Of a stretch of DNA of 64,000 nt, positions 13,966 to 29,877 are shown piece by piece. This DNA is from the human T2T-CHM13v2.0 reference genome, Homo sapiens, in assembly GCF_009914755.1 (NCBI RefSeq), contig NC_060928.1; one strand, written 5' to 3'. Under the pieces are notes generated by a model, which was not told where the DNA came from, did not search any database, and saw nothing but the letters and a program-made list of their open reading frames with translations. Each line of letters begins with the position of its first letter. The first letter of the stretch is position 1. Made by a program: the position numbers and the translations under genes.

Positions 13966-16900
13966 TTTAGAAGGTGATAGAGTGCATAGTATATGGTGAG
14001 TCAGTAGTCCCAATGTTCTGCCAATTTCACTCAAGATTGCTGGCGATGGTGGATCTGAAAAGTTATCCAGCTTCTTAAACCTCTTCTTCATACCTTCATT
14101 TCTTTACTCGTCAACACACCCTGGAAGGTGGACATTATCACCTCTCAGACAGATGCAATGAATCAACCTAAGTGGGCACTTTCTGAGTCGAAATACATCT
14201 GTTTATAGTTGAATGTTTTGATTTTTAAATGATTTTTAAAAAATGAGTTCCTGCTAAGCTGAGGCTACATGTATAAGCCAAAGAAGAGACACATGAATTA
14301 CAGCAATAACTTTATTATTTCCGCCAATAAGACTCTAAAAGCCAAAGATAATACTCAATATGTACATAATGGGCATTAATTGTGCTCTTTTTCTGCCAAA
14401 CTCTGTGATTTTGGTTCATATTCTCTTTGGGGCCAGTACTTCAATTTTTTCCCCCATGAACCATCCAACAAAAATTATTGAATATTTCCTATGTATAAAA
14501 TACTGGTAGAATATCCAGGGAGGAGAGAGTCCAGTGATTACTAAATGTGAGTGACCTCTGAATTCAAAATGATTCTATATCTAAAAGGTGCTATTAAAAA
14601 TAATGTGAGTGACAATGAGCTTGAAGATGGAAATATTTTATGCTGCAAAGCAAAGCATGTCCTCTGGCCAGCATCCTGGGTGGTTCCCATTAGACTGTCT
14701 GCATTTGGACTCTGGGATCTTCCAAGAGATGGGCAGAACTCCCTGTTCTAGAATCTCTGCAGAGCAAGATGGAAGTTTCCACGAATTTTCTTTTTAAGAA
14801 AACTACCCTGTTATTTTGTTTACGCAGGTCTGAACATAGGTTTCAGATCTAACCTGGGAACACATGAGGCAGTATTGTGTTTGGACTGGTCAAAGTAGGA
14901 CATCAGCAAGGCACTAATATATTAATTCATACTCAGTTCTATAATGCTAATAACAATAAACATGGAAACGAAACAGCATTTAGTGAAATCCTACTACATA
15001 CCAGGTACCAATGTTTTTCATGTATTGCCTCACTTCACAAAACTCTAAGTATAATAACATCGTTATTATACCTGTCTTGCAGGTAAAAAAAAATCATGAA
15101 TGAAGGAGGTTAGGGTCACACAAATAGTTAAGTGGCAGAGTGGGGATTTGACCCAGGTGGTCTGACTCCAAAGTTCATCTCCTTAACCACTCTGCTTTAT
15201 TTCCCCTCGTACACCAGCCAATCTTGGCTTCTGGGTGACCCGGCACTAAGAGTTGAAAGTAACTGGTAGGGACAGCCCTGGGTGAGCACTGGAGACCTGT
15301 CAAACCCACAGTCACAACCATGGGGTTACAGCTCTCTCTCCTACCCCTTGGGCTTGTCCTAAAAAGGGAGGTAGGCTTGGGGCTGATATATGGTGTGGAT
15401 TATGATCCTAAGACATGTGAAAAACTTCATCCCAATGGAGTGTCAAGAACAAAAGGGCTGACCATCTCTCCTGGATGACATGGACTGAGCTGGCTGCCTT
15501 TCAGAGGTGGCATACCAAGTTTTTGCTTATTCGCTCTCTCTTGGGAGAACGTCAGGTGGCTCATAAATCTGGGGACGGAGTTAGGAGGAGTGGACCGAGC
15601 AGGACTCACCATTTATAAAGTTACTGGCCAAGCTCTGTAACTAAGAAAGGGTTGGTGGGTGAAGAAAAGAAAATCTCACTTCTTTGAGTTCAGTCAGACA
15701 AGAAAAAGGGGCAGCATGCAGTAACAGGCCAGGCTGAATGGGTGAGAAGAAAGAGGCCTCAGATGAGAGGACATGGAGAGGTGGGAAAGGGGCACGAGCT
15801 GCTCACTTTGCCACACTGCAACTGGGTCCAGAACAGGCCTGCCCTGCCCTGCCAGTTATTTTCTAGTGAACCAAAGGCCCAGCAGTGCAGAAAGAGTCAA
15901 GTCAGATCAACTTTTCCGTCCTGCTCTGAGGCTCTGATCTGAGACACAACAGAGCAGAGAGGGGCCTCTGGCTCCGAAGCCCTGGCCTGTCAAATATCTG
16001 GCAGCGTCTTGATCTCTGCCCCAGCCTGCCCTTTCCCACTGAGCTGAGCATTTCTACTAAGCAGCCACACTGCATGGGACTCTCATCTCCCCTTCTCTCA
16101 CTCAGAGAGCACTGCTGCACAAGCATTTCATTCTCCATCAAACGCTCTATGGCTTCCTGAGGGGGGTCCTTTGGAAGCCAGGGGTGCAGTGTAATTGCTG
16201 CATCTGCTATTGAAATTCACTTTTGGAGTTCTGTTCCTGGAGCAGAAAGTTCTGAAAGCTCCCATGGAGAAGGAACAGGCTCTGAATCCTGCAGGCTTGG
16301 GCTACCCTAAAAAATTCTTGAAGCCTCATTTCTGTGTGGTCTCTTTCAAAACCTTCTGAATGTTCCAGGAGATCTATTTCTTGATAAATTTTTCTTTCTT
16401 GCTTGGGGTCAGGCCAGAAGAGAGCAGAACAGATGTCAGATCTAAAGCTTTCCCAATTCAACCACTTGAACACTTGCACACTAATCTGTGGTGATGTAAA
16501 TGAAAATGCCTTTGAGCATTTCTCACTCAGAGAAAAAGACAAACCTCTGTAGAAGCTGGAGACTTCCCTTCAAGAAAAACAACATGAAAGAACAGGATGA
16601 TTGGAGTCAGCTGCCTTTCTGCCTGTAAGAATATGAAAGCCCTCTTTTTTCTTCTCCCTCAAAAAGTCTAAATGGATTATGCTTAATTGAGTTCTCAAAC
16701 CCCTGCATGAATTTTCCTTCTGCAAGTTGTCACCTAGCTGACAAAAACATGCTTCAATTTAAAAAAATGCAAATTCCTTAGACCATAGCTTAGATATGGA
16801 CTAAATATTATTACTCAAACTGGGAAAATTGATGATGGGACAGTGCTGGAGTCAGGGGTTAAGGTCAACATTCAGGGTTAAACCTCAGGTGAAAGCAAAT

Positions 16901-17107
16901 ACTTGAGCATGTTGACAGTTACCTTAGTGATTCTTTTCCTCTAGCCTACTCAGAGTTACTAGAAAGACCTGGAAAATGATCAAACAGCACACGCAAACAT
17001 TATGCTCCAAGAGGTCTTTCTTGGACTAATATTCATGCCAGCAGCCCTAGCACACTCGCTGATCCTTCAAGAACCTCTGGATTGCAACTGAAAGGTTGGG
17101 CTCTAAG

Positions 17108-17755
<648 letters not shown>

Positions 17756-20700
17756 AGGCTCTAAGATTGCTAATCTGGCTATAGAAGGACTAATGTTAGC
17801 CACCTCAGAGACATTCATTCATTTTAAGAAACATCATCTTTCACTGAATATAATATGACATTTTTTAGAAGGCACAGCATATATGTACCATAAAGAGCCA
17901 TCTCAACTCTGACATAAACTTTGTTATCATACAGCATGTTTATTTTATGCGAATGAAAGAGCTCTTTTAGATGTATTTAGACACAAATATATCATATAAC
18001 CCCCTTGCTCATTCATCAGAAACAAAATATAGGCAAAATAAATTCAGGAAAGTCTTCCTAAAACTTTTTCACACCCAAGGGTTTGACTCTTCTGAATCTC
18101 TTTTGTTAGAAACTTCTTATTTTGAAATAATTCCGAGTTTATAAAAAAGAAAGATAGCACAGAGAGTCAATGTTGCTGGTCTACATACCACACTTTGAAT
18201 AGCAAGCCTGTAGCAGAATATCTAAAGTAAGTACCAGAATTGCTATTTACCACCTGTGTGATGTCTGACCTGCAGTGTCTTTATTTGGAATTTGGGATAA
18301 CAATTCCCCTTACCTTCCAGGGTTGTTATGAGTAGCATATGAGGAAAATCCACAGAAGTCCTTAGCAAACTGTCAAGTACTTCACAAATACCCGTTGCAG
18401 ATGCATTCCTTGCCCTCAAGGCATTTACAGTCTAGTTAATAATTCTTTACAGTTATTTGGTGCAGCATAGTCCGCATAGTTTACACAGTGCTTTCATATC
18501 TGTTATGTAATTTGACCTTCTCAATAATCCTGTGAAGGTATGAAATTGTACCTTCATTTATTATATACATTCTCCTGAAGTTTTGAGGGGGTTGTTTTTT
18601 CACAGTGGCCAAGCCTGCTTTGAACCTGTCGGGTTGGCCTTGGCCTTGTCAGTGCTCTTTACTGTGGGAACTTCATACCATATGAATGGGGCTTTGTCAA
18701 CACAGGGTTCCTAGGTCTGTTTCACCTGAAATGAACCTTTCTTATTTTTCAGACACAAAACTTCTCTGCAACTCTGGCCTGCTTTTGGGACCAGAGGCCC
18801 CTCCCTGGATTCCCGGGACTGCTCCTCTCCCTGGTAACCCTCTCCTGGTAGGGACATTGATGGGGGTGAGGCTTACTGTTAGCTCCAGCTGTTTCTAATT
18901 AACTTTGACTGCTCTCCTCTGTAAAACAGTAAAGGCAATTCAACACATTAGCTTTTTCAAAAGGGCCATATCATTTTGCCATTAATCCAACTTGGGATAA
19001 AACAGAGGTCAACTATTTAACACAATCAATTTTAAGTAAAAAAAATAAATAAGTAAACGTTTCCCCCCCTCCCCCCATTATCATCCTGGCTTTTTTCTTC
19101 TGATCTCATTTTCTCTCAGAGGCCTGGTGGAGGAGACGGTCTTGATTGACCTGGAAAAGCCATATATGACAGGCTGGGGGAAGCTTCCCTTGAACATTTC
19201 TAGTCCTCCACTGCTATCCCCACATAAGAGTAAAAGACTCACTGGGAAATCTTTGAAATTACCTTAAATAAGTGGGCTTATTAATTCACATATACCTAAG
19301 TCTCCTTCCATTTCAAAGCTTTCTAATTGTGCCACTCCTAAATTTCAAATAAAGGTTACACTCATATTCCCTGGCTTAAAAATTCTTTTGACGATAATTC
19401 AGGGTTCCCCAGCTGCTAAAAACAAGATGTTATTTGTCTAACAATGAAAAACACAGATGAGGTCAGATTGTTTGTGGGGTAGGGGTGGCTTGAGGTAAAG
19501 GAAGCATCATAATCTCATCCACTGTAGGGAGGAATTTTGAATCAGTGAAGGCTAGCTGGCCTTGGACTCCATCCAAGGGTGTTCTGTCACTGAACTATCC
19601 AAGAGAGCCTTATAAGGCGGTTTCTTCTAGAAGGCCAGTCTACAGTGGACCCCAAGGGCAGGCTCTAGGGACAGGATGGAAATCGTATTTCAGGATGTTA
19701 ACAAATGCCTGCTCAGCTTAATCATTCCATCTCAAAGCTGTATAGTTTAAGAGATTTAAAAATTATAAAATCCTCCCCCAGATGTGGCCCCTCCCCCTCA
19801 AGTTATTTCTCAGCTCTCCTAAAGAGAGTCTCCTGACTTCTGCCTGAACACGGTATCCTATTCAATAGTTTTTACTGGAAAGTTCTTCCTGCTGTGTCAT
19901 CTAAATGTGCCTTGTGGCTATTTAATTCCAGGCCTTTTAATGCTGTCCTCCTGAAGAACTGTATTAAGAGAATAATTTTTCAGGCATCTTCCATTTAATA
20001 ACTAATTCCCAAACGATGAAGAAACATTAACTTGTTCTTTAGATTACTTTCCTCTGAAAGAATCCTAAGTCCTCTAAGGCCCCACTTTGTCCTTCAGTTT
20101 TTCAAATCTTTCCTAAAATGCAGTGATTGAAACTGGACAAAATGATTATAAAGAACCAGTGATTCATTCAATATTCTAGAAATTTCTGTGCTCAAGAAGG
20201 GCAGCTGAGGCCAGAAAAATTTTAAAGCATTTCTACTGGACTGGAGCAGACTCTTAGGGAAGGTGACTTTTTCTGTTTCTGATCTGAAAGCAGAGAGAAG
20301 GAGTAATAGGGACTTTAGGGGGAAGAGACTCCTGAAAGGAGCAAGTGGTGGTAATTTGGAGGCAGGACTGGCTAATAAGGCAAGCGAGGTGAAGGCACTT
20401 TATGAGCAGTCACCGAATAAGAAAAAGCTCCACAAGGGCTTTTCACTCCCAAGTAGCAAGCAGCTTGCCATGGCAGGCTGGGAACCCAGATTTGACAATG
20501 CTTCTAAGATCAGAGAGGGAAGTCTTGGGAAGGAGTGTAGGCATCTGTTGTTGTGATTACAGTAACAGCTTCCTTATGGGAGTCTCTGACTGCAGTCTCA
20601 CCCCCTTCCAATCCATTCTCCCAACAGCAGCCAACAAAGCTTTTCTAAAAGCACAAATCCAGCTCCATCACTCAGCGCTCCCATTGCTCTGTGACAGCGT

Positions 20701-20844
20701 CTCAGCTCCTTAAGGGGTCACAGGCCCTCCCCTATCACTGGGCTCTGTCACGCAGCCAGCTGCCTCCTTCTCCCTAGGCAGTCCCACCAAACCTCATGCG
20801 AGTCCTTCTGCTGGCTATGCTCTGGTTATCTCCTTTCTCTTAAA

Positions 20845-21615
<771 letters not shown>

Positions 21616-23287
21616 CTTCTCATCTCCCTTCTAACTCTACCACAACCTCTATGCTAGCTCTTCTCCACCCAATTCCTTCTTATCCCTGTCTCAGTCAGGA
21701 CATCATTCTTCCACTAAGTGATTCTTGGCTTTTCCTCCACAAACCTGGGTCCCCTCCTCTGGCTCTCTGACAGTCCTCATGGTACTACTGTGTTAGTTTA
21801 GTGAAGTATTACACTGACTTGCACTCCCCCAAGATAAACCAGACAATTAACAACTTCATTTAATTTGAAACCCCTTTGTTTCAGCTTTCAATGAAGTTCA
21901 TACATTTACTGAAGGATAGTAGAACATGGACATTTAAATGATATATTATCAACATAAAAAATGAGTCTAATGAATCTAAAATGAGCTTCTCAAAGAATGG
22001 AGGTTTAAAACTCATCAAATAAAATGAGTACCTGAAAATCAAAATCTATACTGAAGCATTTTCCACTTACAGAACAGTTTCTATAGCTCTGGACCTAATT
22101 TTACTCGGCAAGGGGATATGGAAATGTTGGGATTTGGGGGGAAAAGTTACCATCCAATATTAGAGTTCAGGATTGCTGATGACAGAAAGGAAGGCAAATC
22201 AGTGTCAGATGAATTCCCTGGCCTAGACTTTAGGAAGGCAGAAGATGCCAGGAGGAAAGAGAGCAGACAGGCAGGAGAGGGGCTTTCCTGCATTTCCAAA
22301 CAGGAAGGTGCTTTCTTAAGAGGATTCCTTTGTTAATCAACAAATATTTATGATATGCCCAATTATTAGCCAGACACTGTGTTTATAAGGAGTTATAAGA
22401 TGAAATCCCTCTTTTACAATGGTTACAGTCTAGTGGGGAAGACAGACATTCAAAGAGCCCTTTTGTGGCAGTTGGGGAAGGTCTATAGTAGCCAACTTGT
22501 TCTCCACTCAGGGCCCAAGGCCTTGCTGTTCCCTTTGCTGAAATCCTCCCAAGCGTTCTTAGCATGGCTCTACTCACCTCACTTAATACTGCTCATTCAT
22601 CTGGAGTCTCTAACCTATTTCTCCGATGTACACCCTTCACAGCATGTACACATTGTGTGAAAATATGTTTCCTTGTTTCTGTGTATCTTATTCAAGGCTA
22701 CTTACCCTGAGATTAGGAGAGTGCCTAGCCAATTCATAGGTTGATTCATTCATTGATTCATGCATTAGACATGTGTTTAAAGAACATACTACATACCATG
22801 CACTTATCTAGGTCCTTGGGTCTGTCTATATGAGGGAGCAAAATCTCCCTTCCCACCTGGAGCTTACTTTGATGTTGAATAATGACAAGAATTAATGTTC
22901 ATCCACGCTTTCTATGGATAATATTCATGACATTTAATCTTCATGACAACCCTATGAGATAGATAATGGTTATAATCCCTGTCTTATAAGTGAGGAAAAC
23001 CCTGGGCAGACAGGTCAAATAACTTGCTCAAGGCTATAGTTAGTAAGTGGTCAAGATTCACACCAAGGGAGTCTGGCTTGAGAGCTCCTCATCTTAACTT
23101 CTCTGCTATACTGCCTCTTATATACAGATACACGGTACACGTGGAATAAATATTAGTTGAAACAATGGCTGGATGCATAGCTCTAGAAGAACAAATACAT
23201 CATTTTGGGGTGGGGGAAAGTCAGAATGCTTCTCAGAGAAACTGACAGAGCTGATCCTTGAAGGCTAGGTAACAGCCCATTTTTTAA

Positions 23288-23587
<300 letters not shown>

Positions 23588-23626
23588 TGCCCATTTTTAA
23601 AATTTTTATTATTATTTTTCTTTCAT

Positions 23627-23728
23627 GTCAGACAGGTAATGTGCCAATGTCATAAAAGGTTTGGGGGCGACATACCTCACACATGTGTATGAACACTCAA
23701 TCATCATGCTTATGAACTACAAAAGGAT
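23627..23728 (-). pseudogene. U13 (SNORD13) snoRNA retrocopy
   Basis: Minus strand ATCCTTTTGTAGTTCATAAGCATGATGATTGAGTGTTCATACAC...GGCACATTACCTGTCTGAC is colinear with U13; box C TGATGA and box D CTGA present; A-rich tail at about 23593-23623. Confidence 0.9.
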
Positions 23729-25805
23729 CATAGGCAAGAGTTCAAAGGATGGAAAGGAAGTGAAGGAGGGTGCAATTGTGGTGAGTGTGGAGGTGAGAGG
23801 CGTTGCAGGCAGAAGGCACAACTTCTACAGAGGCATGAAAGCATAGAGACATATGTGCTGAAGTGTGAATAGCAGACACTTACTGTGGCTAGTGCATAAA
23901 GGAGGTTGGAGAGAAGAGGTCAAAATAATAGAATGGAGTTATATTGTGAAGGGCCTGTTATGTCCTGCTAGGTAGTTTGAACTTGGTCCTAAAGGTACTA
24001 ATAAGGGAGACCCTTAAGAATGACATTCTGATTCCAGAAGTGAAAATTAATTCTGAGGGAGAAAGGATGGTACCTAATGAGACCAAAGCGGCTGAAATGG
24101 GATTGCCAAAGAGCTCAGATTTAAAAGACTATGAACAAAAGGTATAATCAGTAATTGGAATACAGAAGCATCATGTTCTCTTCCAACTATGAAATTTTAT
24201 TATATATCTTAGCTTCTTTGTATCAACTTCTTTTTATTAAATGGAATCTTCAAATTCCCCCTTCTGGTTATCCATGACTTCAGGGACCTCAATACAATCT
24301 AATGGCAGTAAATTCATAATGACAGTTCCAAGATTTGAAATTATTTGCTGATTATCTTTCAGACATATTTTCAAGCAGATCACTTTGCCTCCTACCAGAG
24401 AGGTATGGAAAACAAGCAGACCAAGATCTCTTCCCAGTTGGGTAAGTGGTGATCTTAGAAAGGAGGAAGACTGGGGCAAGCTCCAGGGCTCCAGGGCAAG
24501 TGCTCTGGGAGGTGAGTTTGTAACTTGTACAGATACTTTCTTAATCAGCAACATCAAATCTGTTTTGTACATCCCTGGTATATAGCACCTAGTACAGTGC
24601 TGACTCAAGTTAGCTGCTCAATAAATGCACGTTAAATGGAACCAAAGACCAGAGGGCAGATTGAATCACACCATTGTGGCTGAATCCCACAATGCTGCCC
24701 CTACCTGGCCCCTACTCAAGTTATACTCAAGCATAACTTAAGTTTCTTCTGAGAATAGAAGGGAACCTAGAGGTCTAGAGGAACCTAGACAATGCATTTC
24801 CTATTCTGTGCAAAGCCCCAGTATGAAATGGCACAGAAGTAAATGGCACTCTGTCCAGTTTGCTTCTATGATTGTCAAAACCCATCCAGGTGTCAGAAGA
24901 AATATTTAGGGGATGTGATAGGGATCAGTCTATTGTCTCTGCTGTGGAAAGTTTCTGCTGTGGGAAAGGCTTCCCATTCTCTTCTGCTCTCTTTGGCATT
25001 CTCCTATAAATGGTCTCTGCCATTTAGAACTCATCTCTCTCAATTTAGGATGAGAAGAAATGGCTAATTTAAGTCAAGGTTTCCAGTTTTAGATGTTGTT
25101 TTCTCTAACATTTCCCCAAATATAAAGAAAAGCCAGGCCGGAACCCTCAAAGGGTTTGCAGTCTGGAGAGGTACTGAGCTGGGTGTACATGGTAATGAGG
25201 TTATGAAACTGGTTCTATATGACTGTCAGTCTCAATATTTTATAATCAGACTGTGTGAGTGTTTGGTGATGTAAGTAGCAGGTGAGAAAAAGGAATATTA
25301 AGTATAAACTAGAAATTGACAACACTTGAACAATCACCAAGCTAACCTTCTGCTCTGATAAGGCAAGTATCTGCCATTTTGAAAAAACTATAAAGTTCCC
25401 CATTGTAATGTTTATAAGAAAATCTCAATATTTGGAATAAATTCTTAAATAACGCACATTTATCTTTTCATGATGTGACCGACAAATAAGATCCAAAGTA
25501 TCAAATAACTGTTTCTATTGTAAACATATGCAGATTATTTTGGGTTGCAATTTTCTAAGTTTAAGGTGATGATACTATAAATAGTTACTAGTGAGTTACA
25601 CAATTTAAGGCTTTCAATAGTGAACTCTGAAATTGATGACATACAACCTATTAGTTTGTGGACTTCTGGGAAAAGCTCTAAAGAAAGAATTTGGAAATTC
25701 TGGAGAAAGTCTGAACTGTGTTAAAGAAGCAACAGCTTCTGTAACCTCAGAACTGCCTCCTCTCCCTTTTCTACCTTGGCTAAGATCAGGAGCTGCCAAC
25801 ATTGA

Positions 25806-26233
<428 letters not shown>

Positions 26234-26540
26234 TATTTCCTTATTTCATTTACAGCAAGCTTGGACTTGTTTGGAATAAAATAAACAATCAAACATAATC
26301 TCAAAGACATTTCTGCTGAACAGTGTATCCTGGGGACAAATTATGCAAAACAATACAAATCAAAGAAATAGGAAGGAAAAACAAAATGGTCAGAAGGTTG
26401 ACAACAAAGTGCATCACAAAAACAGTCTTCAAAGAGTTTGTATTTTATTTTTGCCCACAAATAATTAGCTAGTTAGATTACTGTTTGAGAACCTATAATT
26501 TTTAGAAAGTGGACTATTTTCTTCAATACTAAGAAATCAG

Positions 26541-26829
26541 GGCTGTGCGCGGTGGTTTATGCCTGTAATCCCAGCAGGCCGGGATTACTTGAGCTCAGGA
26601 GTTCGAGACCAGCCTAGGCAACATAGTGAAACTCCGTCGCTATAAAACAAAACAAAACAAAACAAAAAAACAAAAATTGGCCAGGCGTGGTGGCACAGGC
26701 TTATAGTCCCAGCTACTTGGGAGGCTGAGGCAGGAGGATCGCTTGAGGCAGAGGTTGCAGTGGGCCAAGATCGTGCCACTGCCCTCCACCCTAGGCGACA
26801 GAGCAAGATCCTATCTTTTAAAAAAAAAA
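26541..26829 (+). repeat. AluJ-like with internal deletions
   Basis: Dimeric Alu with (AAAAC)n middle region. Confidence 0.85.
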
Positions 26830-27263
26830 GTCTGTCTGGAAGTCCTTACTTTATATTTAATTGTCAAACTCCTTTCCCCCATCTCTTGACTTCACCTCTC
26901 TCTACATCCCCAAGCCAAGAATGATGAGAAATGGACAGATGTTAGCACGAGTTGGGTGCGCTTTGGGCATGGGGAAGTCTGAGGTCTCGGAAAATCTTTT
27001 CTACATATACACCCGGCCCTCACTTTCTGGACGCACGCAGCAAACTCTCAAAATAAAACCACCAAAAAGGAGAAGGGGGGGCGTCGCCCACCGCTCCTGG
27101 CATTCCGCGGCTGCCAACTCTTTCCCTCCCATCTGGCTCCTGGGATGCCCGCGGGGGAATCGCAGTGAGCAGCGCGGGGCGAGGCCGCCGCGGACGCCCC
27201 GTCGGATGTGCCCTTCGCTGGGCCGAGCGGCGCAGGGTTGGAGAGGGAAGCGCTCGTGCCCAC

Positions 27264-27738
27264 CTTGCTCGCAGGTGCCCTTGCTGACCTGGGTGATGGC
27301 CTTCTCCCCGCGGCTCTCGGCCCTCTGGCTGGCGGCGCGCAGCTGGCAGCCGCTCGGGTAGGTGGTGCCGTCGCTGCCGCACACCGGGTAGCGGCTCTTG
27401 CACACGCACACGCCGCTTACACCCGGACCGCCGGCTGCTGCCCCGGCTTTACCCTTCCGCCTCTTGCGGCTCTTCACGCACTCCATGCCCGGCGCGCAGT
27501 ACCCCCTGCCGGCGCCGCCACCCCCGCACGGCTCGCCCTCGCCGCGGGCGCACATAGGGCAGCAGCCGCACGCGTCGCGGGTCTCGCCCAGCAGGCAGCC
27601 CAGCGGGGGCAGGGGCGGGCAGGAGGCCGGCTCGCAGGGGCCGCAGGTGTCCGAAGAGGAGGAAGAGGAGAGGGGCAGGAGCAGGAGCAGCAGCCCAGCG
27701 GCGCCGAGGAGCAGGGCGCGCAGCGACGGCCGCTCCAT
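27264..27738 (-). CDS. IGFBP7: Insulin-like growth factor-binding protein 7, coding part of exon 1 (aa 1-158 plus 1 nt)
   Basis: Translation MERPSLRALLLGAAGLLLLLLPLSSSSSSDTCGPC...DACGCCPMC...CVCKSRYPVCGSDGTTYPSGCQL...KGTCEQ gives signal peptide, IGFBP domain (CGCCxxC) and Kazal domain. ATG is in strong Kozak context (GCCATGG). Ends at donor CAAG|GTGGGC, phase 1. Confidence 0.99.
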
Positions 27739-27772
27739 GGCGGGGTGCGGTGGCAGCGGCAAGGGCGCGAGT
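27739..27772 (-). other. IGFBP7: IGFBP7 5' UTR (~34 nt), TSS about 27772
   Basis: Inr-like TCA(+1)CTC lies 30 nt downstream of TATA-like TTTAAG; matches my recollection of the mRNA start ACTCGCGCCCTTGCC. Confidence 0.75.
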
Positions 27773-27910
27773 GAGCCGTGTCGGGCCGGCCGGCGCCTTA
27801 AACCCGCCGCCCCGCCCGGCCTGTCCGCGGGAACCACACCCCGGGGCGGTGAGAGCACGGGGGCCCCGCCCGTGCCGCCCTCCCGGCCCCGCGGGGCCTG
27901 CGCGCGCGCT
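27773..27910 (-). promoter_or_regulatory. IGFBP7 core/proximal promoter: TATA-like TTTAAG (27802-27797) and several GC boxes
   Basis: Only AT-rich hexamer in a very GC-rich stretch, at -30; CCCGCCC/GGGGCGG Sp/KLF motifs around 27810, 27843 and 27865. Confidence 0.7.
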
Positions 27911-29245
27911 CCTGCTGGCGTCGGGGGGTGAGCGGGCACCCGGCGTGACCGGCCCATGGGCGCTCGGTCTCACGCCCGCTTCGCAGAGCTCACCCCGCCA
28001 GCTCCTGCTCGGTCCCCAGTCCCCTGCCCCGAGCCCTCAGGGATCGCACCGCAGTGCGAGCGGCTCTTCCACCCTCTGGTTTCTCCCCGTTTCCGGTCAA
28101 TATATTTAAACTTCTTAACAACCACGGCTTCGAGACGATCCAGGGTTTCATCTATTAAATCCTCCGTGGGCCTGAGACACCTGAGTGCTCATTACTCTGT
28201 GGTTTGGGAAGCTCTCTTAAGAACAAGCTGTTAAAAACCCCCACTTGTGGACTGTGTCCCCGCTGGCCACAGGCCTGCTGTGGTCTTGGGTGTCAAGCAC
28301 TAAAAGGACAAACCGTTGCCAACCACTTCCCTTTCTGGAACCTCTTAACTGCCTGCACCTCCCTCCCCGCTTTGTCTCCCAGTGGCATTCAACAAGACTC
28401 TGTGCTTTTTTTGTGCTGAGCCGTTTTCAGTGAGTACTGGAATCCGTGTGAGAGCTGTGCCCTTGTTTTGAGTTCTTGCTGAACTGCTCGCCCTCCAGCA
28501 AGCCTCTCGGGAGAACAGAGCGCAGCTGAGAGGAGCAGGGGTCCCAGCTCCTTCCTCGTTGGAGCTGCCACGGAGGCACCTAAAGCGCCCCCAGTCTTCA
28601 CCAGCATTCCAGGAGGTTTTTGATATAAACGGTGGACTCTTCCTCAGTCTTTCTGCGAAGTGCTCTGCAAACTCAACTTGAAAGCCTCTCTTCCCAGGAG
28701 CACTGGCCTCTCCAATGCAGACATGGAAGTTGCTTTCACTTTTTAACTGAATGTGTAACATTGCAGCGTGCATTATTCTGCATGTCACATTGTGGTTCTT
28801 TTGTGTTCTTTTTTCTTAGCATAAATCCAGGGATTTACAGGGTTGCTGACTGAAAGCCAGCAGTTCAGTTCATAATCCCATTAGCAGTGTAAAGAACTCA
28901 TTCTCAACAGACTCTTACAAGGATAATTATTGCAAATTTTTTGAAAATTAAATGACCACAAAATCGGGGGGTGGAGAGTGGGGAAACATCCTCCAATCCA
29001 GAAAAACCTAGCACTGCTTTTTGGCCTCTCCTTAGTGTATTATAGACAAGTGGAGCATTTTTTTTCCCCTCAAAGGTCATATGTTGACCTGACAGTTGTT
29101 TAAAAAACAATGAAAAATCTTTACAGCAGAGTTTCCCTAAATATTTTTGTCTTTGTTCCATCCTAAGAGATGCAGTTTACATGACCCATTTGTTTTCTTG
29201 AAAAGGAAACAAATGCAGAGTGCACTCTATTTCCTATTGTATTTA

Positions 29246-29580
29246 ATTTCTTTCTTTCTTTCTTTTCTTTTCTTTCTTTTTCTTTTTTTTATTTTTTTGA
29301 GATGAAGTCTCCCTGTGTCGCCTAGTCTGGAGTGCAGTGGTGAGATTTTGGCTCACTGCAACCTCTGCCTCCCAGCTTCAAACAATCCTTCTGCCTCAGC
29401 CTCCCGAGTAGCTGGTATTACAGGCATGCACCAACATGCCCGGCTAATTTTTGTATTTTTACTAGAGACAGGGTTTCACCATGTTGCCCAGGCTGGTCTC
29501 AAACTCCTGACCTCAAGTGATCCACCTGCCTCGGCCTCCGAAAGTGTTGGGATTACAGGTGTGAGCCACTATGCCCGGCC
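29246..29580 (-). repeat. AluS
   Basis: Dimeric Alu with (TTTC)n tail. Confidence 0.9.
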
Positions 29581-29834
29581 CTGATTTCCTTTTTATTAAT
29601 TCACTGGTCAAGAGCCACTAAATTGGTTCCATGATCTAGTATGACGATCTGTCATAGTTTTAGATTCTCCAGAAGCTTTCTCTGAGACAAGGATTCCAGT
29701 GCAAGTAGGTCACCTGAGAAGCCACATCAGGACACAGAGATTGAGGGTTGGGGCAGGCAGGTGAGCAAGCAGGAAGGGAAGACAGCCAATAAAGGTGCTT
29801 ATCTCCGCAGCCAGAAGAAGCCCTCAGGCTCTAC

Positions 29835-29838
<4 letters not shown>

Positions 29839-29872
<34 letters not shown>
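29839..29872. repeat. (TG)17 microsatellite inside an old MLT1-like LTR (about 29650-30050)
   Basis: Direct read. Confidence 0.9.

Positions 29873-29877
<5 letters not shown>

Larger units (their letters stand above)
27010..28140. promoter_or_regulatory. CpG island over the IGFBP7 promoter, exon 1 and start of intron 1
   Basis: Very high GC and CpG density compared with CpG-depleted flanks. Confidence 0.95.

Noticed and set aside
27001-27263. Read-through of the IGFBP7 frame into intron 1 (~87 aa)
   Set aside because: Good splice donor at 27263; low-complexity GC-rich translation with no domain.
27739-27957. In-frame upstream ATG giving a 73-aa N-terminal extension (318-aa ORF in the track)
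   Set aside because: Lies upstream of the TATA/Inr-defined TSS, would bury the signal peptide, and stop-free frames are expected in CpG islands.
26861-28109. Several 120-190 aa overlapping ORFs on both strands
   Set aside because: Artefacts of GC richness and antisense to the CDS; Ala/Gly/Pro/Arg-rich with no recognisable domain.
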